Notes: a model not told the origin generated them from the letters alone. Shown: positions 18,099 through 28,444, counted from the stretch's first letter. The stretch: DNA of 63,188 nt from an uncultured Candidatus Saccharibacteria bacterium (GCA_964496425.1 CAZBZO010000006.1:1190-64377); one strand, 5' to 3'. Made by a program: numbers and translations.

Positions 18099-19325
18099 GT
18101 CCTTATACCCCATTGCCTTGGCGATCCGTCCAAGCGCCACGATAAATGCCGCACGGCGTAGATCAGTTTTCAATGCAATAGATTCTTCATATATTGCCAG
18201 AGTCTCACGATCGAGCAGCTCTTTCAACTTGGCAAACACATCTGCCTCGCTCCAATGCTCGCCTTTCAAATTTTGTTCCCATTCAAATGTAGAAACTGTG
18301 ACACCGCCAGAGTTGGCCAAAATGTCAGGCACGACAGGGATACCACGGCCATAGAGTATTTCATCAGCTTCTGGCGTGATCGGACCATTGGCTAGTTCGA
18401 GAATAAACTTGGCTTGAATCTTGCCAGCATTCTCTCCAGTGATTTGATTTTCAAGTGCGGCTGGGATAAGCACATCACATGGCAATTCAAGAAGCTCTTG
18501 GTTGGTGAGGCTGCGCGAGCCAGGGAATCCAGCAAGTGTTCCGTTTACTTTTTTCCATTCTTCCAACGCTTTAATGTCCAAGCCATCTTCTTTCACAATC
18601 CCACCTTTTGAGTCTGACATTGCAATGATCTTGTATCCATTCTTTTGGAATATTTCTGCTGCATTACCGCCAACGTTGCCGAAACCTTGGATTACCACAG
18701 AGCCACCTTCTGGCACATTGTATTTGGCGCGAAGTGCATCGAAGACATAAAATCCGCCGAGACCAGTCGCTGGACCGCGACCTTCAGATCCACCAAGAGC
18801 AATCGGCTTACCGGTGAAAGTAGCATTGGTCGTATCACCAGAGATTTTTGCAAATTCATCTACCATCCAGCCCATGATCTCGGGAGTAGTGTTGACGTCT
18901 GGTGCAGGCACATCTTTTTTCGGCCCCAGCACATCTGCCATGCCCCGCACCCAGCCGCGAGAGAGACGTTCGAGTTCGCCTTTGGAAAGTTTTTTTGGAT
19001 CAACCGTGATACCGCCCTTGCCACCGCCCATCGGAATACCTGCTACTGCACACTTCAGTGCCATCCAAAACGCCAGAGCCTTCACTTCATAGATGTCTGT
19101 ATCGTGATGGTAGCGAATACCACCTTTGTATGGTCCGCGAGCATTGTTGTGCTCAACGCGATAGCCTTCAAAGACTTCGAGGCTGCCGTCGTCCATGGTG
19201 ACTGGGATTGAAATCCGCACTTCGCGGTTTGGGACTGATATTTGCTTTATAAACTTCGGATCAAAAGCTTTAACGGCATTGGCACGAGCAAGCTGCGAGA
19301 GGGCGTTTTCGAATGGGTTGGACAT
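18096..19325 (-). CDS. gdhA: Glu/Leu/Phe/Val dehydrogenase (glutamate dehydrogenase)
   Basis: RGPYKGGIRYH, GGGKGG, DVPAPDVNT, IQGFGNVG, PDILANSGGVTVS. Confidence 0.93.
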   Translation of the reverse strand: MSNPFENALSQLARANAVKAFDPKFIKQISVPNREVRISIPVTMDDGSLEVFEGYRVEHNNARGPYKGGIRYHHDTDIYEVKALAFWMALKCAVAGIPMGGGKGGITVDPKKLSKGELERLSRGWVRGMADVLGPKKDVPAPDVNTTPEIMGWMVDEFAKISGDTTNATFTGKPIALGGSEGRGPATGLGGFYVFDALRAKYNVPEGGSVVIQGFGNVGGNAAEIFQKNGYKIIAMSDSKGGIVKEDGLDIKALEEWKKVNGTLAGFPGSRSLTNQELLELPCDVLIPAALENQITGENAGKIQAKFILELANGPITPEADEILYGRGIPVVPDILANSGGVTVSTFEWEQNLKGEHWSEADVFAKLKELLDRETLAIYEESIALKTDLRRAAFIVALGRIAKAMGYKD

Positions 19326-19328
19326 AAA

Positions 19329-19363
19329 TAATTATGGGTTATGAGTTAATAATTACGAGTTGA
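19329..19363. repeat. heptamer-period repeat, family B (attatg/attacg)
   Basis: aattatg ggttatg agttaat aattacg; reverse complement resembles 46125-46157. Confidence 0.5.
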
Positions 19364-19414
19364 AAATAAGTCCCTATTATACATTCAGAGGGAGGCAAAG
19401 AAACATTGACAATA

Positions 19415-21196
19415 TTATAAACTATCTTTCAAATTTTCTTTAACAAAACCACCTGCCTGGAGATTCCACAATTTTTTATACAAACTACCGCGCTTTTTGA
19501 GCAGTTTTTCATGCGTGCCTTCTTCGATGATTTTTCCATGCTCGAGCACAATGATTCGATCCATTTTGCGAATCGTCGAGAGACGGTGAGCAATAACGAT
19601 GGTTGTCTTGCCTTTCATGAGTTCTTCCAGCGCATCTTGTATAAGCGACTCACTATGCGAATCAAGCGAGCTGGTGGCTTCGTCGAGTACCAGTATCGGC
19701 GCATTCTTCAATATTGCTCGAGCGATGGCGATCCGCTGGCGCTCACCACCGGAGAGCTTCACTCCCCGCTCGCCTACCAGAGTATCGTAGCCAAGCGGTA
19801 AATCTGAAATAAATTCATGGGCGTGGGCATGTTTTGCTGCATTAATAATTTCTTCCATCGTAGCATCTGGCTTTCCATAGGCAATATTTTCTTTCAAACT
19901 TCTATGGAAAAGTACAGGTTCTTGTGGGATATAGGATATAGTATTTCGCAAATCATCTTGCGTAATAGCGTGAATATTTTGTTTATCAATCGTGATCTCG
20001 CCACTCGTAATATCGGTAAAACGCAACAACAGTTTAGTAATAGTCGACTTTCCGGCACCCGAAGGACCAACAAGGCCTATTCGCTCACCAGGAGCAACAT
20101 CTAAATTAAAATCTGAAAGAATTTCTTTGCCTTCTGTGTAGGCGAAAGAAACGTGATCAAAAATGAGATGGCCATTTTGTATTGCAAGGGCCTCTGGGTG
20201 CACGGGGTCTTTAATATCAAGATCAGTATCAAATATTTGCACCATTTCCTGCATATCAGCGGCTGACTTCATAAAACGTGTCAATGAGTTGCCCAGATCC
20301 CACATGCGATCAAAAAGAATTACTGCATAGGTTTGCACGAGCACCACGGTACCGGTAGTGATGGTACCTGCAAGCCAGAGTTTGATCATGCTATACAATA
20401 CAATACTTTGCGTGAAAAATATTAGAATACTTTGGAGAATATCGATACGATTACTGAAAAACCATGCGGCTTTTTCTGCAGCGGCAGCCTCGATTGTAAT
20501 CTGTCGAAACATGGTAGCTTCACGGTCATGAGCAGAAAATGTTTTTACGGCGAGATTATTGCCAAACACATCTGCAAGCGCTCCACCGATTCGAGAGTCG
20601 GACTTGGCTTCTAAGATGTCGTATTTGATTTTTCTACGCACAAAAATAAGAACTATCGTGACATAGAGAATCGCCCACAAAAGAAAAAGTCCAGCAATCA
20701 ACACAGACTCGTGTGCCAAAACAAAAAGCGCACCAACAAGAACGATAAATACATTCCAGAAATTATATATGAAAATATCAAACATGAGCTCAAATGAGCC
20801 CACAAAACGTCTAGATTTCGTCACCAATGACCCAGCAAATGTATTCGCAAAAAAAGCTTGGGAATGTTGCTCTATTTTACGGAAAGTAAGATTACGAAGA
20901 TCACGAATGGCATTGATTTCAAATAAGTAATGAAAATGCTTTCCCACCCGAGCTGCGACACCTGAAAAAAGATGTAATGCAACCAAAATAGCAGCAATCC
21001 CGAAAAGAGTCTCTGCGGTCGCCATTCGGTCAAGCGGGTTACTCGAAAGCACATCAACTATTTTCTTAAAATAAATAGGTCGAATTATATCGTTTGCAAC
21101 ACGAAATCCAAAAATAATAAGGACCGCATATAAGAGCCCGGAATGTTTTTGTATTTCGGGCCAGACATAATAAAAAATTCGTTTAAATGAAAACAT
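19415..21196 (-). CDS. ABC exporter, fused permease/ATPase
   Basis: TM domain plus GPSGAGKS, LSGGERQR, LVLDEATSSLD, IAHRLS; ATG 21196 (alternative 21232). Confidence 0.92.
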   Translation of the reverse strand: MFSFKRIFYYVWPEIQKHSGLLYAVLIIFGFRVANDIIRPIYFKKIVDVLSSNPLDRMATAETLFGIAAILVALHLFSGVAARVGKHFHYLFEINAIRDLRNLTFRKIEQHSQAFFANTFAGSLVTKSRRFVGSFELMFDIFIYNFWNVFIVLVGALFVLAHESVLIAGLFLLWAILYVTIVLIFVRRKIKYDILEAKSDSRIGGALADVFGNNLAVKTFSAHDREATMFRQITIEAAAAEKAAWFFSNRIDILQSILIFFTQSIVLYSMIKLWLAGTITTGTVVLVQTYAVILFDRMWDLGNSLTRFMKSAADMQEMVQIFDTDLDIKDPVHPEALAIQNGHLIFDHVSFAYTEGKEILSDFNLDVAPGERIGLVGPSGAGKSTITKLLLRFTDITSGEITIDKQNIHAITQDDLRNTISYIPQEPVLFHRSLKENIAYGKPDATMEEIINAAKHAHAHEFISDLPLGYDTLVGERGVKLSGGERQRIAIARAILKNAPILVLDEATSSLDSHSESLIQDALEELMKGKTTIVIAHRLSTIRKMDRIIVLEHGKIIEEGTHEKLLKKRGSLYKKLWNLQAGGFVKENLKDSL

Positions 21197-21249
21197 ATAG
21201 AAAATTAACTGAGATGCTACGCATCCGTGCACATATTAAACCAAAGATA

Positions 21250-22335
21250 CTATGCGTGATGGGCTTTTTGGATATCAGTGATATCCTGTGCAGTACCGAT
21301 AACAAAGTTTGGTTCTCGATCAGGACCGCGACGCACCGTGCAGATCGAAAACATTTGTCGCTCCATGCCATTTTTGAGAATGAAGCGGTATTGAAGATTG
21401 AAAATACCTACATCACTTGAAAATGCCTGTTCTATCATATTTTTCACATATTCCATATCTTCGGCGTGAATCATGGCAGAAAAATCTTCATATTTGACCC
21501 GGCTGCCTTGGGCAATACCCGTGAGGGCATACATTTGATCTGAGAAAAGCATGATGTTGTTTTTAAGATTCCATGTAAAGCTACCGAGTTTGGCGATCGA
21601 TTCTGCCTCGCGGAGGTGTTCTGCGCCAATACTGAGTTTGGCGTTGGCTGATTTTAATTGCTCGATTGAAGAATATGATTTGCGCAAAAAGAGCATCAGG
21701 GTCAAGACCAGCAGTGAAAGCAGTACCGTGATAGCTGCGATCACTAAACGCACTGACAATATCTGCATCTGCCACGGTCGCGCAGACGCATCAAGACCGA
21801 TAATCGCTACGACTTCGTTCGTTGCAGGATCAATAATCGGCGCATAGGCCGACATCCAAGTACCCCACGCATCTGTATATGGCCCTTCGACAAAAGAGAC
21901 TGCGTTAATATAATTGTTTATTTCAAGGTCATTTGTCTCCTCGTATATTTGTCCCGGCGGTGAATAATCCGGTGATCCGGGCGACTCTGAGTCAACAAAG
22001 AAAAAAAGTTTCCCGTTCTCGTAGCCCATGAGGTAGACAAATTGAGTGTCTGGATTGATGGCGGCAAGGGCGATCATTTTATTTTTTAGATCTGTATATG
22101 CGGGATTCTCGAGATCTGCATCGGTAGCACTTAAGGACTGAATAGAAGCTGCATCAATCAGAAGCGATGCATTCTGCGCACGAAGAAGAAGTTTGTTTCG
22201 ATTGCTGCTATCAACGCGATTGCCAATAAGCACCGTCGCTATTGCGCCGCAAAAAAAGATAAGGAGAATGATGCCGGTAACGATAGTGAAAAAGAGCGTA
22301 CTGCGTGAAGGCTCCCAAATTTTTCCTGATACCAT
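21250..22335 (-). CDS. membrane sensor-like protein: TM, Cache-like domain, TM, PAS; no output domain
   Basis: GPYTDAWGTWMSAYAPI periplasmic motif; PAS_3 ending IGTAQDIT then stop; ATG 22335 6 nt after TATACT. Confidence 0.75.
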   Translation of the reverse strand: MVSGKIWEPSRSTLFFTIVTGIILLIFFCGAIATVLIGNRVDSSNRNKLLLRAQNASLLIDAASIQSLSATDADLENPAYTDLKNKMIALAAINPDTQFVYLMGYENGKLFFFVDSESPGSPDYSPPGQIYEETNDLEINNYINAVSFVEGPYTDAWGTWMSAYAPIIDPATNEVVAIIGLDASARPWQMQILSVRLVIAAITVLLSLLVLTLMLFLRKSYSSIEQLKSANAKLSIGAEHLREAESIAKLGSFTWNLKNNIMLFSDQMYALTGIAQGSRVKYEDFSAMIHAEDMEYVKNMIEQAFSSDVGIFNLQYRFILKNGMERQMFSICTVRRGPDREPNFVIGTAQDITDIQKAHHA

Positions 22336-22410
22336 GTAAATAGTATAACGCTCTTTTATTTGGAATGCCACTTTCTACCTGTTTATTACTTGCATTTCTT
22401 ATTCACCCAA

Positions 22411-22511
22411 GCCAAATTGCTCATTGAGAGAGACTTGCGGAGGCCGACGGGCCGAGCAGGAACAAAAATTCACCAGAATTTTATGTGTTCTCTCACAATG
22501 AGCAATTTGGC
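22411..22511. repeat. structured palindromic element, copy 1
   Basis: About 23-bp terminal inverted repeat (first 16 bp perfect) enclosing GA-ggcc-GACG-ggcc-GA and aaaattc-ACCA-gaatttt. Confidence 0.75.
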
Positions 22512-22515
22512 GCCC

Positions 22516-24039
22516 TTACTCCCACTCCATCGTCGCTGGAGGTTTGTGTGTGATGTCGTAGACCACACGATTGATTTCTTTGACTTCGTTGGTTATACGC
22601 GTAGAAATACGCTCGAGAATGTCGTAAGGAATTTTGGCAAAGTTGGCGGTCATGGCGTCACGTGATTCCACGATCCGAAGAACAATCGGCCGCTTATAAC
22701 TTCGTTCGTCGCCCTGCACTCCCACACTTTTTATCGGTAGCAGCACTGGAAAGCTCATCCATATATCTTTCCAGTGTTTGGTTGGGCGAAGCTCATCTTC
22801 AATGATCTTCCCTGCCTGTCGTACAATTTCAACATTCTCCGGTGTCACTTCACCAATGATCCTGATCGCAAGTCCTGGTCCCGGAAATACTTGCCGCGTT
22901 TGGATGATCGGAGACAGGCGAAGCTCGCCGCCGAGCTTGCGGACCTCGTCTTTATAGAGCTCGCGAAGCGGCTCGTAGAGCTTCAATTTTAGATTTTTCG
23001 GCAGGCCTCCTACATTGTGATGAGATTTAATAGTTGACGAATGTTTAGTAAGACCTGACTCGATACGATCAGAATAAATCGTGCCTTGAATCAAGTAGTT
23101 TGCTTTTGCAGTTTTGGCTGCTTCGTAAAACACATCAATGAACACTTTGCCGATTATTTTTCGTTTGGTTTCAGGATCAGTCACACCTTTTAATGCTTTG
23201 AAGAATCGATCTGCGGCATAGACTACTTTGAGTTTCAATTTTTCTTTTGCGAATGCTCGTTTCACTTCTTCTGTTTCTTTATAGCGCATGAGGCCAGTAT
23301 CAACATAAATCGCAGTGAGAGCAGGGCCGATCGCGCGACCCACAAGCATCGCCGCCACGGAAGAATCAATACCGCCCGAGAGCCCGATGATCGCGCGCTC
23401 GCCTCCAAGAGTCGTCTTCGCTTCAGCGATAATATTTTTGAGAAGCTGTTTTGAAGACCATGTTTTTTTCGTCTTACAAATATCGAAAATGAAAGAGGCA
23501 TAAATCGTATCACCGTGCGGAGTATGACTGACTTCGGGATGAAATTGCACGCCGTATATACAACGACGAGGATCCATATATGCTGCAATAGTGGAATGTT
23601 CGGTCGAAGCAATTGCAGTAAAACCTGATGGTACTTTTACTACCACGTCTCGATGATTCATCCATACCATTTCTTTAGGCTTAAAACGCGCAAGAACACC
23701 GGACGTTTTTTGGCTCGACAAGAGCATTTGACCGTATTCTCCTGAGGCTCCGGAAACCACCTTGCCGCCAAGGAGTTTAGCAATCAGTTGATGCCCGTAG
23801 CAGATGCCAAGTATTGGAATCCCGAGTTCTAAAATTTTCGCATCAAACTTCGGAGCATTTTTTTCATACACTGATCGAGCCCCGCCGGATAGAATAATCC
23901 CGCGAATATGAGGAGACGATAGTTTACTGCTCGGTGTATCCGAAGGCAGTACTTCCGCGAAAACTCCGAGGTCTCGGATGCGGCGAGAAATCAAATGACA
24001 ATATTGACCGCCGAAATCAAGAATAACTATAGTATCCAT
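22516..24039 (-). CDS. guaA: GMP synthase (glutamine-hydrolysing)
   Basis: DFGGQY, ILGICYGHQ, QFHPEV, SGGIDS, QGTIYSD, FPGPGLAIR, KPPATMEWE. Confidence 0.97.
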   Translation of the reverse strand: MDTIVILDFGGQYCHLISRRIRDLGVFAEVLPSDTPSSKLSSPHIRGIILSGGARSVYEKNAPKFDAKILELGIPILGICYGHQLIAKLLGGKVVSGASGEYGQMLLSSQKTSGVLARFKPKEMVWMNHRDVVVKVPSGFTAIASTEHSTIAAYMDPRRCIYGVQFHPEVSHTPHGDTIYASFIFDICKTKKTWSSKQLLKNIIAEAKTTLGGERAIIGLSGGIDSSVAAMLVGRAIGPALTAIYVDTGLMRYKETEEVKRAFAKEKLKLKVVYAADRFFKALKGVTDPETKRKIIGKVFIDVFYEAAKTAKANYLIQGTIYSDRIESGLTKHSSTIKSHHNVGGLPKNLKLKLYEPLRELYKDEVRKLGGELRLSPIIQTRQVFPGPGLAIRIIGEVTPENVEIVRQAGKIIEDELRPTKHWKDIWMSFPVLLPIKSVGVQGDERSYKRPIVLRIVESRDAMTANFAKIPYDILERISTRITNEVKEINRVVYDITHKPPATMEWE

Positions 24040-24043
24040 ATTG

Positions 24044-25060
24044 TTAACTATTCTTTTTCGCCTCAGTAATCATCGGGTAAATCTCTAGAAGTACAAAAAG
24101 ACACGAAAGCGTCAGCGGCCCGAGAAGAAATCCAAGCGGTCCATAAAACGCCAAGCCGCCAAAAACTGAAAGAAGGACTAAAAAGGGATGAATGTTGACG
24201 TCACGACTCACTAGAAATGGCCGAAGCACATTGTCTACCAGACCGACGATCACCACTCCCCAAATCAAAAGCCCAACAGCTTGCAAAATATTGCCGGCGG
24301 CAAAAAGATAAATGATTGCTGGTCCCATAACAATCGCCGTACCGACTCCGGGAATGAGTGACGCAAATACTGTCACGCCGCCCCACAGAGCCGGCGATGG
24401 GATACCGAAAATCAAAAATCCAGCACCAGCAAGTATCCCCTGCACCAAGGCCACTACGAGCGTACCACGGACAATAGAGTTGATGGCGCGTCGCAGCTTG
24501 TCGAGAATTTCTTGGTCATAGACGGTGGCAAGCGGCGAAGCCGACATCATCGTACCGACGAGTTTTTTGCCATCACGGAGAAAGAAAAACAAAGCAACAA
24601 TTCCAAGAAATACGAGGAAGAGAATGTGGAGCACACTTGAGAAAATAGTGCTGACGCTGCCGAGGACACCAGCGAGTGCTGTTTGAATGTATGTGGCGAG
24701 ATTGAAGTCTGGTGCAAATAACTGTACTTTTGCTTCCAGCACTGAAAAAGCGGCATTGTTGAGATAGCCGTTACCGCTCGTAATAGTATAGAGATCTTTC
24801 GCTTCATTGAAAATATTTACAAAGAAAAATACCAAAGGTATCATAACGATGACACCGACAAGGAGAATTGTCATAAAGGCCGACACGCCCTGCCGTTTGA
24901 GTGATGATTTGAGCTTCAAGTAAAGCGGATAAAATACTACTGCTAAAATAGCGATCACCGCCAAAAACTTAAGAAATGGAAAGAAAAGGAGAATATTAAC
25001 GATAAAGACTAGTCCGAGGAGACCGGAGAAAAAGTAGAATTGGAGGTTTTTGCTGTTCAT
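24044..25060 (-). CDS. AI-2E family transporter
   Basis: Multi-TM protein with VDNVLRP and HPFLVLLSVFGG...GFLLGP signatures. Confidence 0.88.
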   Translation of the reverse strand: MNSKNLQFYFFSGLLGLVFIVNILLFFPFLKFLAVIAILAVVFYPLYLKLKSSLKRQGVSAFMTILLVGVIVMIPLVFFFVNIFNEAKDLYTITSGNGYLNNAAFSVLEAKVQLFAPDFNLATYIQTALAGVLGSVSTIFSSVLHILFLVFLGIVALFFFLRDGKKLVGTMMSASPLATVYDQEILDKLRRAINSIVRGTLVVALVQGILAGAGFLIFGIPSPALWGGVTVFASLIPGVGTAIVMGPAIIYLFAAGNILQAVGLLIWGVVIVGLVDNVLRPFLVSRDVNIHPFLVLLSVFGGLAFYGPLGFLLGPLTLSCLFVLLEIYPMITEAKKNS

Positions 25061-25108
25061 GGTTTTAGTATACCTAGAAGACCTTATTTTTCAAAATAAA
25101 ATCCTTTG

Positions 25109-25137
25109 TTGACAACAAAAGGCGAAAGGCATAGATT
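25109..25137 (+). promoter_or_regulatory. sigma70-type promoter TTGACA-N17-TAGATT
   Basis: Near-consensus, 39 nt upstream of ATG 25177. Confidence 0.7.
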
Positions 25138-25176
25138 AACAAGGAATTCATCAGTTCACCCTCAAAATTTACTGCC

Positions 25177-25551
25177 ATGAACCCACAATTTAAGAATGCT
25201 TCGATAGCTTTTGCCTTTATGATTTTCTTAAGTATAGCAGTGTACAAATTGTATGCCACATATCAACGCAAAGATGTTACCAGGCACGGAATTTGTTTTA
25301 ATTACACGCTGGGAGGAGGAAAGCTGGTTAATGTGGATAGTCTTCCACATACGATTACCAAAGTGTGGAAAAAATATAGAAAAGTAAATGGGAAACTGAT
25401 CAACCCAGAAAAAATATTGTGGACTATTACACTTAATCCTAATGATACTGCTTGGATTAAAAACGTTGCGAATTCAGGTTCCGGTTATTATATTTCTTCT
25501 GTAGCTGATCCTGAGAAAAAATATTTTGTCGTTCCGTATGACGAAATGTGA
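25177..25551 (+). CDS. hypothetical membrane-anchored protein (124 aa)
   Basis: N-terminal TM helix, AT-rich, own promoter. Confidence 0.65.
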   Translation: MNPQFKNASIAFAFMIFLSIAVYKLYATYQRKDVTRHGICFNYTLGGGKLVNVDSLPHTITKVWKKYRKVNGKLINPEKILWTITLNPNDTAWIKNVANSGSGYYISSVADPEKKYFVVPYDEM

Positions 25552-25576
25552 AATAATAAAATATTATTTGTTTGTA

Positions 25577-25603
25577 AGGCTTGGAAATTTTATTTCCAAG
25601 CCT
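25577..25603. terminator. bidirectional terminator
   Basis: aggcttggaaat-ttt-atttccaagcct between 25177..25551 and tRNA-Ala. Confidence 0.75.
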
Positions 25604-25614
25604 CTATTTTTTTG

Positions 25615-25685
25615 TGGACCTAAGGGGAATCGGACCCCTACTTCGTCCATGCCATGGACGCGTAATACCATTTTACTATAGGCCC
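25615..25685 (-). tRNA. tRNA-Ala(GGC)
   Basis: Cloverleaf GGGCCTA...TAGGTCC-A with G3:U70; anticodon arm CGTCC-ATGGCAT-GGACG; no encoded CCA. Confidence 0.9.
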
Positions 25686-25754
25686 GAAATGAATTTAAAC
25701 GCCACTAGTATATCGCAAGATGTTATTTTACGCATCTGGGCGTATACTCTACAT

Positions 25755-26396
25755 ATGACTACCTCTTCAAAAATAATGCTCGCTCTCATACTTGTTGTGC
25801 TCGGCTACGGGATTTTTTTATTGAGTAATACCGAGCCTCAGGATCTCCCCGTCCCTTCAAATCCTCTGCCATCTGGATTTGTTTCATATACAAACAACCA
25901 ATACCACTTCTCCCTGGCCTATCCGCAAACAGGTGAAGTTATTGTCGACAAAACAGAAATGGCGAACGTGGGCTATCTACCGACATGCGACATAGAAAAT
26001 GCAATTGTGTGTATTTTTCTTCCTCCTTCACTGTATCCCACTACCAACTTTCAAGGAGCAGGCGTATCAGTAAATATATTAAGTGATACAAGTACCGAAG
26101 CCAGTTGTGTAGCTCCCCGCTCTGATCTACCTGAAGACCCTCGTGCCGAAAGTGTAATGCTCAATGATAATGCATTTACCAAATACTCCGCCGGCGATGC
26201 GGCAATGAGTCATCAATCAATGGGAGCCGACTATCGCACTTTTTACAATAATACGTGTTACGAAATCACGACGCGCACCAATACCACGACATTTGAAGTC
26301 TACGAACCGGGTAGTATCGGTCTCTTCACTGATACACAAAAAACTGAAGTAGGAAATATACTTCTACAAATCGTGCAAAGCTTTGAGTTTAATTAG
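25755..26396 (+). CDS. secreted or membrane-anchored hypothetical protein
   Basis: N-terminal TM helix, YTNNQYHFSLAYP PsbP-like start, four Cys; ATG 25755 6 nt after TATACT (ORF-track start overlaps the tRNA). Confidence 0.7.
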   Translation: MTTSSKIMLALILVVLGYGIFLLSNTEPQDLPVPSNPLPSGFVSYTNNQYHFSLAYPQTGEVIVDKTEMANVGYLPTCDIENAIVCIFLPPSLYPTTNFQGAGVSVNILSDTSTEASCVAPRSDLPEDPRAESVMLNDNAFTKYSAGDAAMSHQSMGADYRTFYNNTCYEITTRTNTTTFEVYEPGSIGLFTDTQKTEVGNILLQIVQSFEFN

Positions 26397-26411
26397 ACCG
26401 AACCGCGCTAC

Positions 26412-27578
26412 CTATCGGCAGGCTTTGATTACTTTCATGTAGTACGCGACATATTTTTCGAGCGCCTTCTGTACTCCAAAGTCACGAGTTGCACGAACGA
26501 GAGCTTGTGCACCAAGACTCTCTACCAATTCCCTATCTGCTTCAAGTTCGAGTAGTTTCTTGGCAAAATCATTCACCTGCCCTACTCCACACAAGTAGCC
26601 TGTGGTACCGTGTTGCATAAATTCTTTGATGCCGCCAGCACGAGTCGCTAGGACAGGCTTGCCGTAGCTCATCGTCTCAAGTATCGCCATACCAAAGCTC
26701 TCTTCGCCTGATGTGTAGAGACCGATATCTGCTGCATTGATATAGTTTTCTATATCCATAATGTTGCGCTTTACGATCACACGATCAGCGATACCGAGTT
26801 TTTTGACCAATGCTTCATACGGAGCGAAGTCCCCGCCGGCGAGAACAAGCAGTTTGATCCTTGGGTTCTTTTTCACTTTCGCTATGATCGAAAGAAGATC
26901 CGGGATTCGTTTCACCGGACGGAGATTGGACAAATGAATAACCAGAAAATCTGCCGCCGAAACCCCAAGGCTTTTCCGCACGACTTCTTTTGATTTTGTG
27001 ATTTTTTTAGGATTGTAGAAATTGTGTATGACTTCAATATGCTTTTTTGTTTTTAAAACCTTTTCGGTATCTTTTTTCAAGCTCTCAGATACAGCAGTGA
27101 CGCCACAGGAGGTCTCAATAGAATATTTGATGACCGGCATGACTCTTTTGTCTCGCGCCAAAAGGGTAATGTCTGTACCGTGAAGTGTCGTGACGACATT
27201 TGGAAAATGAAGTCCTTCTTCAAGGGCAATGTTTTTAGCGAGGAGTGCAGCGGTGGCATGTGGCACAGCATAATGCACATGCAAAATGTCGAGCGTATAT
27301 TTCTGGCTGATCTCCACCATTTTTACTGCCAGAGGCAGCGTATAGTCCGGATATTTGAAAAGCTCGTAGCCATTGAAATCTACTTTATGAAAAAATATTC
27401 GTGGCTGAGCGAGATCGAGCAAAAACGGTGGATCGTAGCTTATAAAATGCACACTGTGTCCCGCGCGTGCAAGCTCAGCGCCCAACTGGGTTGCAACAAT
27501 ACCCGAGCCGCCGACCGTGGGATAGCACACAATACCGATGCGGAGTTTTGGGTTGCGAGATTTTGAATTTGAGGACAT
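26412..27578 (-). CDS. bshA: N-acetyl-alpha-D-glucosaminyl L-malate synthase (bacillithiol biosynthesis)
   Basis: CYPTVGGSG, HVHYAVPHA, TTLHGTDIT, SNLRPVKR, ESFG motifs. Confidence 0.88.
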   Translation of the reverse strand: MSSNSKSRNPKLRIGIVCYPTVGGSGIVATQLGAELARAGHSVHFISYDPPFLLDLAQPRIFFHKVDFNGYELFKYPDYTLPLAVKMVEISQKYTLDILHVHYAVPHATAALLAKNIALEEGLHFPNVVTTLHGTDITLLARDKRVMPVIKYSIETSCGVTAVSESLKKDTEKVLKTKKHIEVIHNFYNPKKITKSKEVVRKSLGVSAADFLVIHLSNLRPVKRIPDLLSIIAKVKKNPRIKLLVLAGGDFAPYEALVKKLGIADRVIVKRNIMDIENYINAADIGLYTSGEESFGMAILETMSYGKPVLATRAGGIKEFMQHGTTGYLCGVGQVNDFAKKLLELEADRELVESLGAQALVRATRDFGVQKALEKYVAYYMKVIKACR

Positions 27579-27640
27579 TGAAAATATTTTAAATTAATTC
27601 TAGGTAGCGATTCGATTTTTCTAACAAGACGGATTGTGCT

Positions 27641-27725
27641 AAACATATATGAGGTATTTGGAGTGCAACGGCACGACAACGAAGGGAATTTTCTAGCAAG
27701 AAAATGACCGACCTCATATATGTTT
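27641..27725. repeat. structured palindromic element, copy 2
   Basis: Perfect 15-bp terminal inverted repeat enclosing GA-gtgc-AACG-gcac-GA and attttct-AGCA-agaaaat. Confidence 0.75.
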
Positions 27726-27739
27726 TGTACGTGTAGTTT

Positions 27740-28444
27740 CTAATAGTTCCGCGACGATCCAAGATCTCCGAGATTTTCCACTCTTATAGAATCTGAGGCC
27801 CAAAGTCCGACCGCATATTCAACGCCGATTGTAGCTCCGAAATAGCGTGCTTTACTACTCACCAAATTGAGATATTCCCGAGTTTTCATCTGACTCTTAT
27901 GGCATGACATAGCTTTGACCCAGTCTTCATAGTGAGCGGAAACATCAACAATAATATCTGGCCGTGCATCAAACTCTGCGCTTGATGGATAAAAATAAAG
28001 CGCATCAATAGCATGCACAGGAATATTTTTAATTTCTTCTAGTCCACCATAGCGGGCAAGGCGTGCAGCATCACGTACTGTTTCTGCGACCGCGCGATGG
28101 TCAGGATGTTGGTTTGCCATAAGGGATGGCGCAAGTACGATGTCGGGTTGGTATACGCGAATGATTTCCGCCAAACGAATTCTGTTCTCAGGTGTGTTTA
28201 GGATATGGCAATCCCCTCCCATGTCGATACATTCTATTTCAGCGCCGATGAATTTTGCCGCCGCTTCTGCCTCAGCTTTGCGGCTCTCTGGCGTACCGTT
28301 TGTACCTGCTTCTCCAAGCGAGCCGATGACTATTTTCACCTGGGCGCCATTCTTTATTTCCTTGATCAAAAGCCCTCCACAGCCAAATTCCACATCGTCC
28401 GGATGCGCCCCAAATGCTAGGATTTTTTTAGTTTGTTGTTTCAT
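27740..28444 (-). CDS. bshB1: bacillithiol biosynthesis deacetylase (PIG-L/LmbE family)
   Basis: AHPDDVEFG, HPDH, CHKSQ motifs; adjacent to bshA. Confidence 0.82.
   Translation of the reverse strand: MKQQTKKILAFGAHPDDVEFGCGGLLIKEIKNGAQVKIVIGSLGEAGTNGTPESRKAEAEAAAKFIGAEIECIDMGGDCHILNTPENRIRLAEIIRVYQPDIVLAPSLMANQHPDHRAVAETVRDAARLARYGGLEEIKNIPVHAIDALYFYPSSAEFDARPDIIVDVSAHYEDWVKAMSCHKSQMKTREYLNLVSSKARYFGATIGVEYAVGLWASDSIRVENLGDLGSSRNY

Noticed and set aside
25581-25754. N-terminal extension of the 25581..26396 ORF
   Set aside because: It overlaps a terminator and tRNA-Ala(GGC); ATG 25755 has a promoter-like motif and a signal anchor
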